Origin: a bacterium
GTDB lineage: Bacteria; UBA8248
NCBI GenBank assembly: GCA_963692865.2
Contig: OY843592.1
Coordinates: forward strand, 2,496,001 to 2,560,000
DNA length: 64,000 nucleotides
Reading direction: 5' to 3'
Notes under the pieces: generated by a model
Told to the model about the DNA's origin: nothing
What the model saw: the letters and a program-made list of their open reading frames with translations, nothing else
Database searches by the model: none
Shown here: positions 43,697-53,594 of the stretch, one piece after another
Layout: each line of letters begins with the position of its first letter
Numbering within the stretch: position 1 is the first letter of the stretch
Translations under genes and position numbers: made by a program

Positions 43697-43978
43697 TCAA
43701 GTCCACCAGTCGAGCGCGTAGGAGCCGGCGAAGAGGAGGCCGCCGAGGCCCATGAGGCCGACGGCGGGTTTCGCGGCGCCGATGGAGAGCGCCCCCAGGC
43801 CGCCGCACAGCATCAAGGCGCCCGTGCCCCACATGACCTTCACGACGATCGCCTTGGCGTCGATGACGTTCAATGGCCGCTCGTCGCCGCTGTTCGCCTC
43901 GATGGTTTCCCCGCAAGCGGGGCAGGTTTCGTCGTCTGGGGTTTCGGCTCCGCATTCAGGGCACCGTGTCTCGGCCAT
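43697..43978 (-). CDS. Small zinc-ribbon membrane protein
   Basis: CPECG-x8-CPACG followed by two hydrophobic helices; SD AGGAAGG. Confidence 0.65.
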   Translation of the reverse strand: MAETRCPECGAETPDDETCPACGETIEANSGDERPLNVIDAKAIVVKVMWGTGALMLCGGLGALSIGAAKPAVGLMGLGGLLFAGSYALDWWT

Positions 43979-44206
43979 GGCGTCTTCCTTCCTCGAAACA
44001 GGCGGGTGGATGAGAGGCATTCGTTATGCGTGCGGCATTTTCCCACAACGCCTGTGCATAGGAAACGCGCCGGAAATTTTTTCGCGTGAATATGCTTGCG
44101 CCACTGCCGCCGCACCCTCTCTCTCGCTTTCCGCTCATGCGCGCCGTGTGGGATGATGGCCGGAATTCATCCCGCGCGCCCAGGAAATGAATGAGGAGCA
44201 ACTGTC

Positions 44207-45124
44207 GTGCAATATCATATCGACCCCGAGCGCGTCGTCGTAACGGAACCCGTGCCTGGTTCGGAATACCCGGTTCACCTGATGTACGTCGAACTGCTGG
44301 ACGGCGTATATGCGCCCATAGGGCTGCGGACGCCTGCAGGCGCTGCGCCGCACCCCACCGTGCTGCTCGGGCGGGGAAACGGCGGCGGCGGAATGGCCTG
44401 GGTGCGCGAGGCGACCCGGAACATGGGCTGCATCCAGGAGCGCCTGCTGGAGGCGGGTTACGCCTGCGCCTGGCTGAGATACCGCGCGGAGGTGGAACTC
44501 GGCTACAACAACGGCGGCCGCCTCGTCGAGGACGTGCGCCAGGGCCGCCAGCTTCTGAACCGCTCGCCGCTCGAGTATGAAGACGAAATCGCGATCATCG
44601 AATACATGAAGACGCTGCCCGAGGTGGACGGGGAGCGCATCGGCCTGATGGGCGTGAGCCACGCGGGCGAGATGATACTCAAGATAACGTCCGAATACGG
44701 CGGCGCGCGCGCCTGCGTGGCCTGCGAGCCGGCCTCTCATGAATTTCTCGATCTCGCGCCGGACGATACCGCCTTCGTGAACGAGGAGACGAAGCTCCGA
44801 AACATCGAGGGCATGATGATGCGCGAGGTCGAGAAGGTGCGGGCGCGCATCAATAAGGAACTCGCGCTCGAAAGGATGAGGAGCATTCAAACGCCGATAC
44901 TCATCATGGGCAGGGATGCGGATCACCTCCAGGGCGTCTTCCGCGCCACGTTCGATTTGATGGTCGAGGCGGGCGCCGACGTCGAGTGGACCTCATACGA
45001 TCACCCGGTGCACGGCTACATCTTTCCCGAGCGGGGAGCGGACGGGGAGTACGCCGTCGACGCGGCGCAGGAGGCGGCGATCTCGAAGTGCATCGCCTAC
45101 TTGGACAAACACATGAAGAACTGA
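44207..45124 (+). CDS. Alpha/beta hydrolase (dienelactone hydrolase / S9-like)
   Basis: VD.ERIGLMGVSHAG elbow, PILIMGRD.D, HG near C-terminus; SD GAGGAG. Confidence 0.75.
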   Translation: MQYHIDPERVVVTEPVPGSEYPVHLMYVELLDGVYAPIGLRTPAGAAPHPTVLLGRGNGGGGMAWVREATRNMGCIQERLLEAGYACAWLRYRAEVELGYNNGGRLVEDVRQGRQLLNRSPLEYEDEIAIIEYMKTLPEVDGERIGLMGVSHAGEMILKITSEYGGARACVACEPASHEFLDLAPDDTAFVNEETKLRNIEGMMMREVEKVRARINKELALERMRSIQTPILIMGRDADHLQGVFRATFDLMVEAGADVEWTSYDHPVHGYIFPERGADGEYAVDAAQEAAISKCIAYLDKHMKN

Positions 45125-45202
45125 GCTATACTATTCTTGAAAGACGCGCCGGGAGCCCGAGGCGTTCCCGAACATCCGCCGCGAAGACGGACACCGAAAC
45201 CC

Positions 45203-46663
45203 ATGGAATCCCGGACGAGAATTTTCTCCTGCCTTGTGGATGACTTCCTGAAAACCGGTGCGCTGATAGTTCCGGCTTCGGAGAATCTCAGGCTGGTCAT
45301 TTCCCGAATGGCGGAGAAGAACGCAAACTGCGTTCTCGCGACGGATGAGGAGGGCAGGCTCACCGGCATCTTTACGGAAAAAGACGTTACGCGCCGCGTC
45401 GCCCTGCGGTGCGACGGCTCGGAGACGATAGGGCAGGTGATGACGTCCCGCGTCTGGTCCGCGAAACAGGGGGACTACCTCTATCACACCATCGCGAGGA
45501 TGCGCCGCCTCGGCCACCGCCACATGCCCGTGGTGGATGAGGCGAACCGCCCACTCGGCCTGCTGGATCTGCAGGACGCCATGGCCGTGGCGGCCGCGAA
45601 TGTGGTGGAGCACATCGACGCGCTCACGCAGGTCCCGGAACTCTACGGCCTGCAGGAGGTGAAAGCCGTGCAGGCGGTCGTGGCGCAGGAACTGCTCGAA
45701 GACAACCTCCCCGCGCCGGAGATTCAGGCGCTGCTCACGCACGTGAACAACGACATCTACCGGCAGGTGGTCGAGAAAGTGACGGGGACCATCGAAAAGG
45801 CGGGCGGGGGCGCGCCGCCCGTGCGGTACGCCGTGATCGTCATGGGCTCGGGCGGGCGGGGGGAGAACTTCATCAACCCGGATCAGGACAACGGCATCAT
45901 CCTCGAAGACTATCCCGTGGAGCGGCACAACGAAGTCAACGACTATTTCATCCGCTTCTCGGAACTGCTGACCTGGAATCTCGAAGCCATCGGCTTTCCC
46001 CTGTGCGACGGCAACGTGATGGCCACGAACCCGCTTTGGCGCAAATCAATCTCCGAGTGGAAGCGCCAGACCCTGCGCTGGTTCCAGAAGAGGAGCACGT
46101 TCCAGGTTCAGTTGAGCGACGTCTTCTTCGATTTCGACATCGCCTGCGGGGATCTCTCCCTGGGACAAGAGTTGCGGAATCACATCACGGGGTTCGTCCA
46201 GAAAGAACCCGCCGTGCTCCAGGCGATGTTCCAGACCGAGGCCGACAGGCACGTCGCTCTCGGCCTGTTCGGCATCCTGCGCGCGGAACGAGTGGGAGAG
46301 GGCCTGCCGCAGGCGATAAACCTCAAGCACGGGGGCATCCTCCCCCTTGTCGGGGCCGTGCGGCTTCTCGCCCTGAAAGAGGGCATCGAGGCGACCTCCA
46401 CCTACGAGCGCATCCGCCTGCTGCACGAAGCGGGGGTTTTCAGCGACGATGAGGCGGACGACTACACCGCCGCCATCGAGCATATGACTTATCTGCTCCT
46501 GCGCCAGCAGTTGAGGGACTTCAGGCGTATCAGGAAGGCGACGCGCTACGTGAGGAAATCGGCGATGTCGCGAAGGGAGAAACAGGTACTCAAGATGTCT
46601 TTCAAGGCGGTTCGCTCGCTCAAGGAGCGGGTGCGTTCGGAGTTCACCGGCGAGATTCTTTGA
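45203..46663 (+). CDS. CBS-pair plus DUF294 nucleotidyltransferase-like protein
   Basis: GIFTEKD and HMPVVD CBS motifs; MGSGGRGE....DQDNG; C.GNVMATNP.W; INLK..G..P.V..VR. Confidence 0.88.
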   Translation: MESRTRIFSCLVDDFLKTGALIVPASENLRLVISRMAEKNANCVLATDEEGRLTGIFTEKDVTRRVALRCDGSETIGQVMTSRVWSAKQGDYLYHTIARMRRLGHRHMPVVDEANRPLGLLDLQDAMAVAAANVVEHIDALTQVPELYGLQEVKAVQAVVAQELLEDNLPAPEIQALLTHVNNDIYRQVVEKVTGTIEKAGGGAPPVRYAVIVMGSGGRGENFINPDQDNGIILEDYPVERHNEVNDYFIRFSELLTWNLEAIGFPLCDGNVMATNPLWRKSISEWKRQTLRWFQKRSTFQVQLSDVFFDFDIACGDLSLGQELRNHITGFVQKEPAVLQAMFQTEADRHVALGLFGILRAERVGEGLPQAINLKHGGILPLVGAVRLLALKEGIEATSTYERIRLLHEAGVFSDDEADDYTAAIEHMTYLLLRQQLRDFRRIRKATRYVRKSAMSRREKQVLKMSFKAVRSLKERVRSEFTGEIL

Positions 46664-46690
46664 GAAACCCTTCCTTGAGAATCACGATAC

Positions 46691-46941
46691 GGAGTTGCTG
46701 AAAAACTCCCTCAAGGGGAGATGACGGCGCGCATTCGGGGCTGTTGAAAAAACCCGGGACAGCGACCGTGGGGACAGGCCTCTGTGCCTGTCCGATAGCC
46801 TGACAAAGGACAACCACGGAGGGTTGTCCCTACGGGGCCGTTGCCCCCCTGACAAGGGATGGTTGCGGGTTTCGTCCTCGCTCCGCTAACGGGTTCCCCG
46901 AGAGAAGAAATCCGGCCCCCAACGGCTTTTTCAACAGTCTC
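46691..46941. mobile_element. TIR element carrying a GTAG REP doublet
   Basis: GGAGTTGCTGAAAA...TTTTCAACAGTCTC, direct repeat ATAC; second internal left end at 46737. Confidence 0.65.
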
Positions 46942-47554
46942 ATACGGGCGCCTTGAACCGGTCGAACACCCGCCCGAAGCGCCAGGCGTAGAACTCCACG
47001 CTCTCGTACAGGCCCGCGCGGTTATAGGGCTCCTCAGCCCAGAACGCCCGCGCCGACTCGATGTCGGGAAAATCGAGCAAGAGCACGCTGCCGTTCCTGG
47101 TCTCGCCGTCATCGGTGCCCAGGGGGCCGCGCGCCATCACCGAGTCGCCGTGCTCGGTCAGGTAGGCGACGTGCTCTTCATGCAGGGTCTTTCGGACCGC
47201 GCCGCCGTCCGCCTTGTCCAGGGCGTGGACGTAGAACTGGAGGTTTCCCTCTTTTCGCGGACAGTCGCGCCAGGAGTAGGGCACGGTGGCGCGCCAGCGC
47301 CGAATCGAGGGCCGCTCCTGAATCCCCTCGATGATGAACGGCTCGTTCGCCACGTGCGCCTCCGCCGCGGCGCGGTCGGCCAAGTCGAGAATACGGAAAC
47401 TGCCCAGTTCGCGCTCGCCGTCGTCGGTCAGGAACGGGCCCGCGAAGCGGGTGACGCCGTCGAAGCTCTTGAGATAATCGAGATGCGCCTTGCGGTGCAC
47501 GTCCCTCAGGGAGGCCGCCTCGGGCCTGTCGTAAATCTTGATGACGAATTCCAC
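46940..47554 (-). CDS. Tandem two-domain YciI family protein
   Basis: Two R....H..YL...(A/R)GP...DDGE...GS....D....A......EP(F/Y) repeats; GTG start after AAGGA. Confidence 0.85.
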   Translation of the reverse strand: MEFVIKIYDRPEAASLRDVHRKAHLDYLKSFDGVTRFAGPFLTDDGERELGSFRILDLADRAAAEAHVANEPFIIEGIQERPSIRRWRATVPYSWRDCPRKEGNLQFYVHALDKADGGAVRKTLHEEHVAYLTEHGDSVMARGPLGTDDGETRNGSVLLLDFPDIESARAFWAEEPYNRAGLYESVEFYAWRFGRVFDRFKAPV

Positions 47555-47676
47555 GAATGATTTCCTTCTGATGAGAAGTGAAAAGAGTCTGTCGTGAAGT
47601 ATCAGGTATCTGTGATGACGCCCGGATTCTATGTGCGGATGCGCCAGGCCGCAACGGACGCAGCGGGGCGCATTGC

Positions 47677-48001
47677 GGAGTTGTTGAGAAGTCCCGAAAA
47701 GGAGGGTTGGGGGGGTCTGTAGGGGTCGCATACGGGATTTTTGAAAAATCCTAAAGGGAGAGCGCGCTGAATTTCACTCCCCCCTTGAGGGGGTCGGGCT
47801 TCCCGAGGGGAAAGCCCGACAGAGGCCGAGCGGTTTGTGCGAAGGCCGATGTGGTGGGGGGACATGCCACGGAAAAAGCTCCCCCCACCGGCGCGACTTC
47901 GGACTACGTCCTCGTCTTGCCGACTCCCCCTCAAGGGGGGAGTGAACTTCAAAAGCGTGCGCGCAACCCAAAATCGCTTCCTGGACTTTCCCAACAACCC
48001 C
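47677..48001. mobile_element. TIR element(s) carrying a family-A palindrome with inverted interior
   Basis: Left ends at 47677 and 47734, right end TTCCCAACAACCCC; 47768-47951 homologous to 26951-27133. Confidence 0.65.
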
Positions 48002-48048
48002 TTACGAAGAAGACGGAATGGCGCTCGCCCCCTTCGGGCCGGGCGTCC

Positions 48049-49239
48049 TCACCCGTCGCAGCGGAACGCCTTCATGGGGAAGGTGTGCAGGGAGCGGAAC
48101 CCCTCCCGGGTGACGACCCCCATGTCGCCCATCTGCACGCCCCGGCCTTCGGAATCCATCGGGTTCGGCTGAATCACCATCACCATGTTTTCGCGGTACT
48201 TGAAGTCGGCCGGCGGAGCGAGGTAGTTCGATCCCCGGATGCCGATGGAGGGCTGGAGCAGGTCCGTGCCGAAGCCGTGAGCGAGCGAATCGTATATCTG
48301 GAAACCCTTCTTGGGCAGCGGGTCCGTGGCCTCGAAAACGGCCTGGGCGGAGTTGCCCGCCTTCATCGTTTTGCCCACGCCCTCGTACACCTCGACGGCG
48401 GCGTCGAGCAGCGCCTGGTACGGAGGCGTCGGGTCCGCCCCGATGGTGAAGGTGCGCAGGCTCTGGCCAGCGTAGCCGTAATACGCCGCGCTGATCTCCA
48501 TGATGAGGGCGTCGCCCGCTTCGAGTTTTCTCCTCGTGGGGTTCTGCCAGGGTACGGGCGTGCGGGGATTCGCCATCGGCGTGGCCGTCACGAACTGCAC
48601 CATCTGTTCGCCGCCCTGCTCACGGAACGCGGCGGCCATCCGGCCCGACAACTCGATTTCCGGGATGCCCGGCTTCGCGTGGATTCGGGCCGCTTCCATG
48701 GCGAGGTCCGTGAGCCGCGCCGCCTCGGTCAGCCACTCGATTTCCTCATCGCTCTTTATCAGCCTCAAGTCCCTGAATCTGGCGCTCACGTCCACCCACT
48801 CCGCTTCGGGGAAGCGTTCCGCCAGATAGTCCATGTGCTCGAAGGGCAGCAGAATCTTGAAGCGGGGGTTGATGCCCACCAGGCCGACCCGCGCGTTCCC
48901 CAGCCCCAGGGCGTCGAGCTGATCCGCCATGCGTTCGGGGTTGCCGTACGCACCGTGGCGCACGTCCTCGAAGATGCACTGCATCTGCGCGTTGTGCAGG
49001 TGGTTGTACAAACCCGTGAAGAGGGAAGGGGGGCCTTCTTTCGGGAAAATCAGATAGCAGTGGTTGAAATCCCGGTAGCAAGAAAGCCAGTAGATGTTCG
49101 CCTGGGCGTTGCGGTTCGTGCCGCCCATGCCGAAGAACAACAGGGCGTCGAGGCCTTCTTCTTCCATCAGGTCCTTCGCCGCCGCATGCCGCCTGTTCAT
49201 TTCTGCTTCCGAGAAGCGCGGATACCATTCTTCTGCCAT
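48049..49239 (-). CDS. M24 (creatinase / Xaa-Pro peptidase fold) family protein
   Basis: Creatinase_N-like N-terminus, R.IKSDEEI, PG..E.E, L..GD, GY....RTF.IG, HGFG. Confidence 0.85.
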   Translation of the reverse strand: MAEEWYPRFSEAEMNRRHAAAKDLMEEEGLDALLFFGMGGTNRNAQANIYWLSCYRDFNHCYLIFPKEGPPSLFTGLYNHLHNAQMQCIFEDVRHGAYGNPERMADQLDALGLGNARVGLVGINPRFKILLPFEHMDYLAERFPEAEWVDVSARFRDLRLIKSDEEIEWLTEAARLTDLAMEAARIHAKPGIPEIELSGRMAAAFREQGGEQMVQFVTATPMANPRTPVPWQNPTRRKLEAGDALIMEISAAYYGYAGQSLRTFTIGADPTPPYQALLDAAVEVYEGVGKTMKAGNSAQAVFEATDPLPKKGFQIYDSLAHGFGTDLLQPSIGIRGSNYLAPPADFKYRENMVMVIQPNPMDSEGRGVQMGDMGVVTREGFRSLHTFPMKAFRCDG

Positions 49240-49357
49240 TTCGCCTCCTTGCGCGATAATCCCTCGTGGGAGAGAATAATCTTGTCAACGGAAATTTTCA
49301 GTCTGCGCGGCGCATTATAGCGGGCGCATCAAGAATATACGACCGGGGAGGAAGCGT

Positions 49358-50452
49358 ATGAGCATCATCGGCCATGGCGTGATTTCAAGAAAAGCGGGCG
49401 AAAGCACGGAAGTGGAGGAAATCGAACTCGGCTCCCCGGGCCCGGGCGAGGTGCTGGTGAAAATCCAGGCCAGCGGCGTCTGCCACACCGACCTGCATTA
49501 CAAGCTCGGAAAAATCGGGGACGAATTTCCCTACCTGCTCGGTCACGAGGGCTCCGGTATCGTTCAGGAGGTGGGGGAGGGCGTGTCCGACCTCGCCGTG
49601 GGCGACTACGTCGTTCTGGCCTGGCGCGCCCCCTGCGGCCTGTGCCGGTTCTGCGCCATCGGCCAGCCGAACCTTTGCGCCGCCAGCCTGAACGCTGAAT
49701 CCAAGATGCGGGCGAAAAGAGACGGGCAGGTGTTGAGCCCTTCCATCGGCATCGGCACGTTCTGCACGCACACCGTCGTCGCCGCGAAACAGGCCGTGAA
49801 GGTGCCTGCCGTCTGCACGCCGGAGCAGGCCTGCCTCATCGGCTGCGGCGTCATGACGGGCGTGGGCGCATGCCTCTACACGGCGCAGGTGCGGCGCGGG
49901 AGCAGCGTGGCCGTGTATGGATGCGGGGGGGTGGGCTGCAGCGTCATCATGGGCGCCAAAATGTCGCGCGCGTCCAAGATCATCGGCGTCGACATCGCCG
50001 AGAACAAGCTGGACTGGGCCAGGGAATTCGGCGCCACCGACGTCGTGAACGCGTCCGAAACCGACCCGGTGGAAGCCATCAAGGAGCTGACCGGCGGGAA
50101 CGGCGTCGATTACTCCTTCGAGGCCGTGGGCACGCCGCAGACGCTCCTGCAAGCCCTCTGGTCGCGCGATCTGGCGGGAACCTGCACGCTCATCGGCGTT
50201 CCCGCCCCCGACATGATGATGGAGCTGCCCATGCTCCAGTTCTTCGGCCTGGGCGGCGCGATGCGCGTGTCCTGGTACGGGGACTGCCTGCCTTCGAGGG
50301 ACTTCCCGCTGCTCGCCGACTGGTACGAAAAGGGAGAACTCGACCTCGACCGCATGGTCACGAAGGTGATCGGTCTCGAAGACGTGGAGCCCGCGTTCGA
50401 GGCCATGGAGCGCGGCGAAACCCTGCGTTCCGTCATCCGGAACCCGGATTAG
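49358..50452 (+). CDS. Zn-dependent MDR dehydrogenase similar to mycothiol-dependent formaldehyde dehydrogenase / MscR
   Basis: GVCHTD, GHEG, CGLCRFC..G.PNLC, GCGVMTG, GCGGVG, SWYGDCLP.RDFP. Confidence 0.85.
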   Translation: MSIIGHGVISRKAGESTEVEEIELGSPGPGEVLVKIQASGVCHTDLHYKLGKIGDEFPYLLGHEGSGIVQEVGEGVSDLAVGDYVVLAWRAPCGLCRFCAIGQPNLCAASLNAESKMRAKRDGQVLSPSIGIGTFCTHTVVAAKQAVKVPAVCTPEQACLIGCGVMTGVGACLYTAQVRRGSSVAVYGCGGVGCSVIMGAKMSRASKIIGVDIAENKLDWAREFGATDVVNASETDPVEAIKELTGGNGVDYSFEAVGTPQTLLQALWSRDLAGTCTLIGVPAPDMMMELPMLQFFGLGGAMRVSWYGDCLPSRDFPLLADWYEKGELDLDRMVTKVIGLEDVEPAFEAMERGETLRSVIRNPD

Positions 50453-50523
50453 ATTATATAAACTAAAACATGAGGAAGGCCTTGTATCTTATTGTTTACA
50501 AACCCTAACCAGGGACGTGTGAT

Positions 50524-53412
50524 CTAATCATCCAGGGCGTCGGCGAGCGCTTCGGCGATGTGAACGGCCTTCCTGCCGACGCCGGTTGCGATTTGCTGGC
50601 GGCAGGAGACGCCGTTGGCGATGATCGCCGCGTCCTCATCGCCCTCCCTGAGAGCCGGGAAGAGTTTCGTCTCGCCGATGGCGAGCGAGATGTCGAAGTG
50701 CTCTTTCTCGTAACCGAACGAACCGGCCATCCCGCAGCAGCCCGAGGGAATCTGGGTCACTTCCAGATCGGGAACCATGCCCAGTATTCCGAGGGAAGGG
50801 CCTGTACCCACCAGCGCTTTCTGGTGGCAATGGCCGTGAAAGAGGGCATTTTGCCGTTTCGGGGTTTTGAATTTCAGGTCGAGTTCGCCCTTGTCCCGCA
50901 GGCTCTGGAGAAATTCCTCGAGCATCCAGGAATTCTCCGCCAGACGCCCGGGCGCATCGCCCGCCACGAGGTCGGGGTATTCATCCCGGAAGGTGAGCAG
51001 GCAACTCGGCTCCACGCCGATGATCGGAAGGCCCGCCTCGATGGCGGGGGTCAGCCTCGCGATGTTCTCCTGCGCCAGCTTCTGGCCCTCGCGCAAGAGG
51101 CCGTGCGATATCATGGGCCGCCCGCAGCAGCCCGTCTCCGCCAGTCCGACCTCGAAGCCGGCCGCCTCCAGCACCTTGACCGCGGCCTTGCCGATTTCGG
51201 GGTAGTTGAAGTTCGTGAACGTGTCGTTCAGGAACAAGACTTTTCCCCGCGCGCCGACCCCGTTTCGCGCGGAAGGCCGGTTCTTGAACCACTCCTCGAA
51301 GGTGGGCGTCACAAGGGGCGGGAGCCTTCTTCGCTTGTCTACGCCCAGGAACCTGTCCAGCAGGGAGCGCACGAAGCCGTTCCCGAGCGTCCAGTTCACG
51401 ATGGGCGCCACCGGGACGCTCAGGCGGTTGATCTGCGCGATGCGCCCCATCATCCGCACGCGCAGGGGCACGCCGTTCTTGTCGTAGTAGGCCTGCAGCA
51501 CCTCCGCCTTGATCTTCGCCATGTCCACGCTCGAGGGGCACTCCGCCTTGCAGCCCTTGCACGAGATGCAAAGGTCCAGCACCTCATAGAGCCGCTCGCT
51601 GCCCAGGTCCTCTCCGGGGATTCCGTTCGCAATGACTTCCCGGAGCGCGTTCGCCCGCCCGCGCGTGGAGTGCTCCTCCTCCATCGTCGCCTGGTAGGAG
51701 GGGCACATCGTGCCGTCGCGCTTGCGGCACGCGCCCACCCCGTTGCATAGCTCGATCGCGCGCGCGAAGCCGCCGTCGCCCGAAAAATCCATGATGGTCG
51801 GTATCTCGGGCGTCTTGTAGGAGCCGTCGAAACGCAGATTCCGGGTGAAGGGGAGGGCGTTCACGATTTTTCCGGGGTTCATCCGGTTTTCGGGGTCGAA
51901 GAGCCGCTTCACCTCGACGAAAGCTCCATAGAGCCTCTCGCCGAAGAATTTCGGGACCCACTGGCTTCTCGCCAGGCCGTCGCCGTGCTCTCCGCTCATG
52001 GCGCCGCCGTATTCGAGCACGAGGTCCGAGACCTCCTCTGCGATGGCGGCCATTTTCTCGATCTCCTCATGCTCTTTGAGGTTGATGAGCGGGCGCAGAT
52101 GCAGCAGGCCCACGCTCGTGTGGCCGTAGTAGGAGGTGGCCGTATCGTACTTCTTCATGATCGCTTCGAAATGCCGGTAATAATCCAATAAATGTTCGGG
52201 GGCCACCGCGCAATCCTCCACGAAGGCGCAGGGCTTCCAGTCGCCCCGGCGTCCGAGGAGAAAGCCCAGCCCCGCCTTGCGCATGTTCAGGCAGTCCTGC
52301 TTGTGGGCGGGGTCGTCCAGCGGAACGCGCGCGTAGCCGATGTTCTTCGCTTCGAGTTCATCGTGGAGGCGCCTGACCTTCTCCCTGGCCTCGTCGTCGT
52401 TTTCGGCGAAAAACTCAATCGTCAGGAAAGAGTCCGGATCACCCACCACGAAACTGTCCATGAGGCGCTGGGCTTCGAGGTTTTGCTTGGCGAGATCGAT
52501 GATGACCCGGTCGATAATCTCTATCGCCGCCACGTCGTGGGCCAGAATCGTCGTGCTTGCGGCGAGAGCCTCCTCGATACTGTGGAAATGCGCCACCAGG
52601 ACGCCTAACGCCCTGGGCTTGGGGCACACGCGCACCTTGGCCTCCGTCACCACGGCCAGCGTGCCTTCCGCGCCCACCATGAGCTTGGCGAGGTTGAAGG
52701 GCTGCGTCTCATCGGCGAGTTCATCGAGGTTGTATCCGCTCACGCGGCGCATGATCTTGGGATAGCGGTCCTCAATCTCCACGCGCTGCTCGTCCACGAT
52801 GCCCTTGAGCGCCTTGTGGAGCCTGCCCGCGCGCGAATCTTCCCGCATGAGATTTTCCAAAGATTCCGCGTCATGCGGCCCGAAGGAGAAGGGCTCTCCG
52901 TCTGCGAAATAGCCGGAAACTTCGATGACGTGATCCACCGTCTTCCCGTAGACGATGGAGCGCGAACCCGAAGAGTTGTTCCCCAGCATACCGCCGATGG
53001 TGGCGCGGCTGCTCGTGGAGGTATTGGGGCCGAAGACGAATCCGTGCGGGCTCAAGAAATCGTTGAAATGATCCTGCACCAGTCCCGGCTGGACGCGCGC
53101 CCATTCCTCGTCGGCGTTCAGTTCGATCACCCGGTTCATGTATTTGGAAAAATCGAGCACCAGCGCTTCGCCCACGGTCTGGCCGGCGAGGCTGGTGCCG
53201 CCGCCCCGGGGCAGGATGGCGGCGTTGTGCCTTTGGGCGATCTGAAGCGTTTTTCGCACGTCGGCGTCCGTTTTCGGCAGTATGACGCCCACGGGTTCTA
53301 TCTCGTACATGCTCGCGTCGGTGCTGTATATTTTTCGGGTAAAGACGTCGAAACGCACTTCGCCTTCAATCGCTTCGTGCAACTCTTCTTCAAGCGATAC
53401 GGTAACTTCCAT
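50524..53412 (-). CDS. FAD-binding and Fe-S-binding oxidoreductase (YdiJ-like 2-hydroxyacid dehydrogenase)
   Basis: PRGGGTSLAGQ, SGEHGDG, CNGVGAC, CISCKGCKAEC, CCG domains. Confidence 0.92.
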   Translation of the reverse strand: MEVTVSLEEELHEAIEGEVRFDVFTRKIYSTDASMYEIEPVGVILPKTDADVRKTLQIAQRHNAAILPRGGGTSLAGQTVGEALVLDFSKYMNRVIELNADEEWARVQPGLVQDHFNDFLSPHGFVFGPNTSTSSRATIGGMLGNNSSGSRSIVYGKTVDHVIEVSGYFADGEPFSFGPHDAESLENLMREDSRAGRLHKALKGIVDEQRVEIEDRYPKIMRRVSGYNLDELADETQPFNLAKLMVGAEGTLAVVTEAKVRVCPKPRALGVLVAHFHSIEEALAASTTILAHDVAAIEIIDRVIIDLAKQNLEAQRLMDSFVVGDPDSFLTIEFFAENDDEAREKVRRLHDELEAKNIGYARVPLDDPAHKQDCLNMRKAGLGFLLGRRGDWKPCAFVEDCAVAPEHLLDYYRHFEAIMKKYDTATSYYGHTSVGLLHLRPLINLKEHEEIEKMAAIAEEVSDLVLEYGGAMSGEHGDGLARSQWVPKFFGERLYGAFVEVKRLFDPENRMNPGKIVNALPFTRNLRFDGSYKTPEIPTIMDFSGDGGFARAIELCNGVGACRKRDGTMCPSYQATMEEEHSTRGRANALREVIANGIPGEDLGSERLYEVLDLCISCKGCKAECPSSVDMAKIKAEVLQAYYDKNGVPLRVRMMGRIAQINRLSVPVAPIVNWTLGNGFVRSLLDRFLGVDKRRRLPPLVTPTFEEWFKNRPSARNGVGARGKVLFLNDTFTNFNYPEIGKAAVKVLEAAGFEVGLAETGCCGRPMISHGLLREGQKLAQENIARLTPAIEAGLPIIGVEPSCLLTFRDEYPDLVAGDAPGRLAENSWMLEEFLQSLRDKGELDLKFKTPKRQNALFHGHCHQKALVGTGPSLGILGMVPDLEVTQIPSGCCGMAGSFGYEKEHFDISLAIGETKLFPALREGDEDAAIIANGVSCRQQIATGVGRKAVHIAEALADALDD

Positions 53413-53594
53413 ACGTTACCTCATTGTTTCTAAAAGATAATAAACAGTATGTTTAATAAATTACTTTAAGTCTGGTTAGCGGGTTCATCATATGCCAGAC
53501 CCGTTATGGAGACAAGAGAAGTATCGCCCCTTTCCGTTCTCTTCGCCACACGGGTTTGCCAAAGGGTGGGGCTGCGCGTAAAGTTTCGGGCCTG

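Noticed and set aside
53401-53455. Biotin repressor operator upstream of bioB (TAAACA-GTA-TGTTTA; GGTAAC-N8-GTTACC)
   Set aside because: Spacing does not fit the BirA consensus, the dyads are short in AT-rich DNA, and they lie nearer the divergent oxidoreductase start
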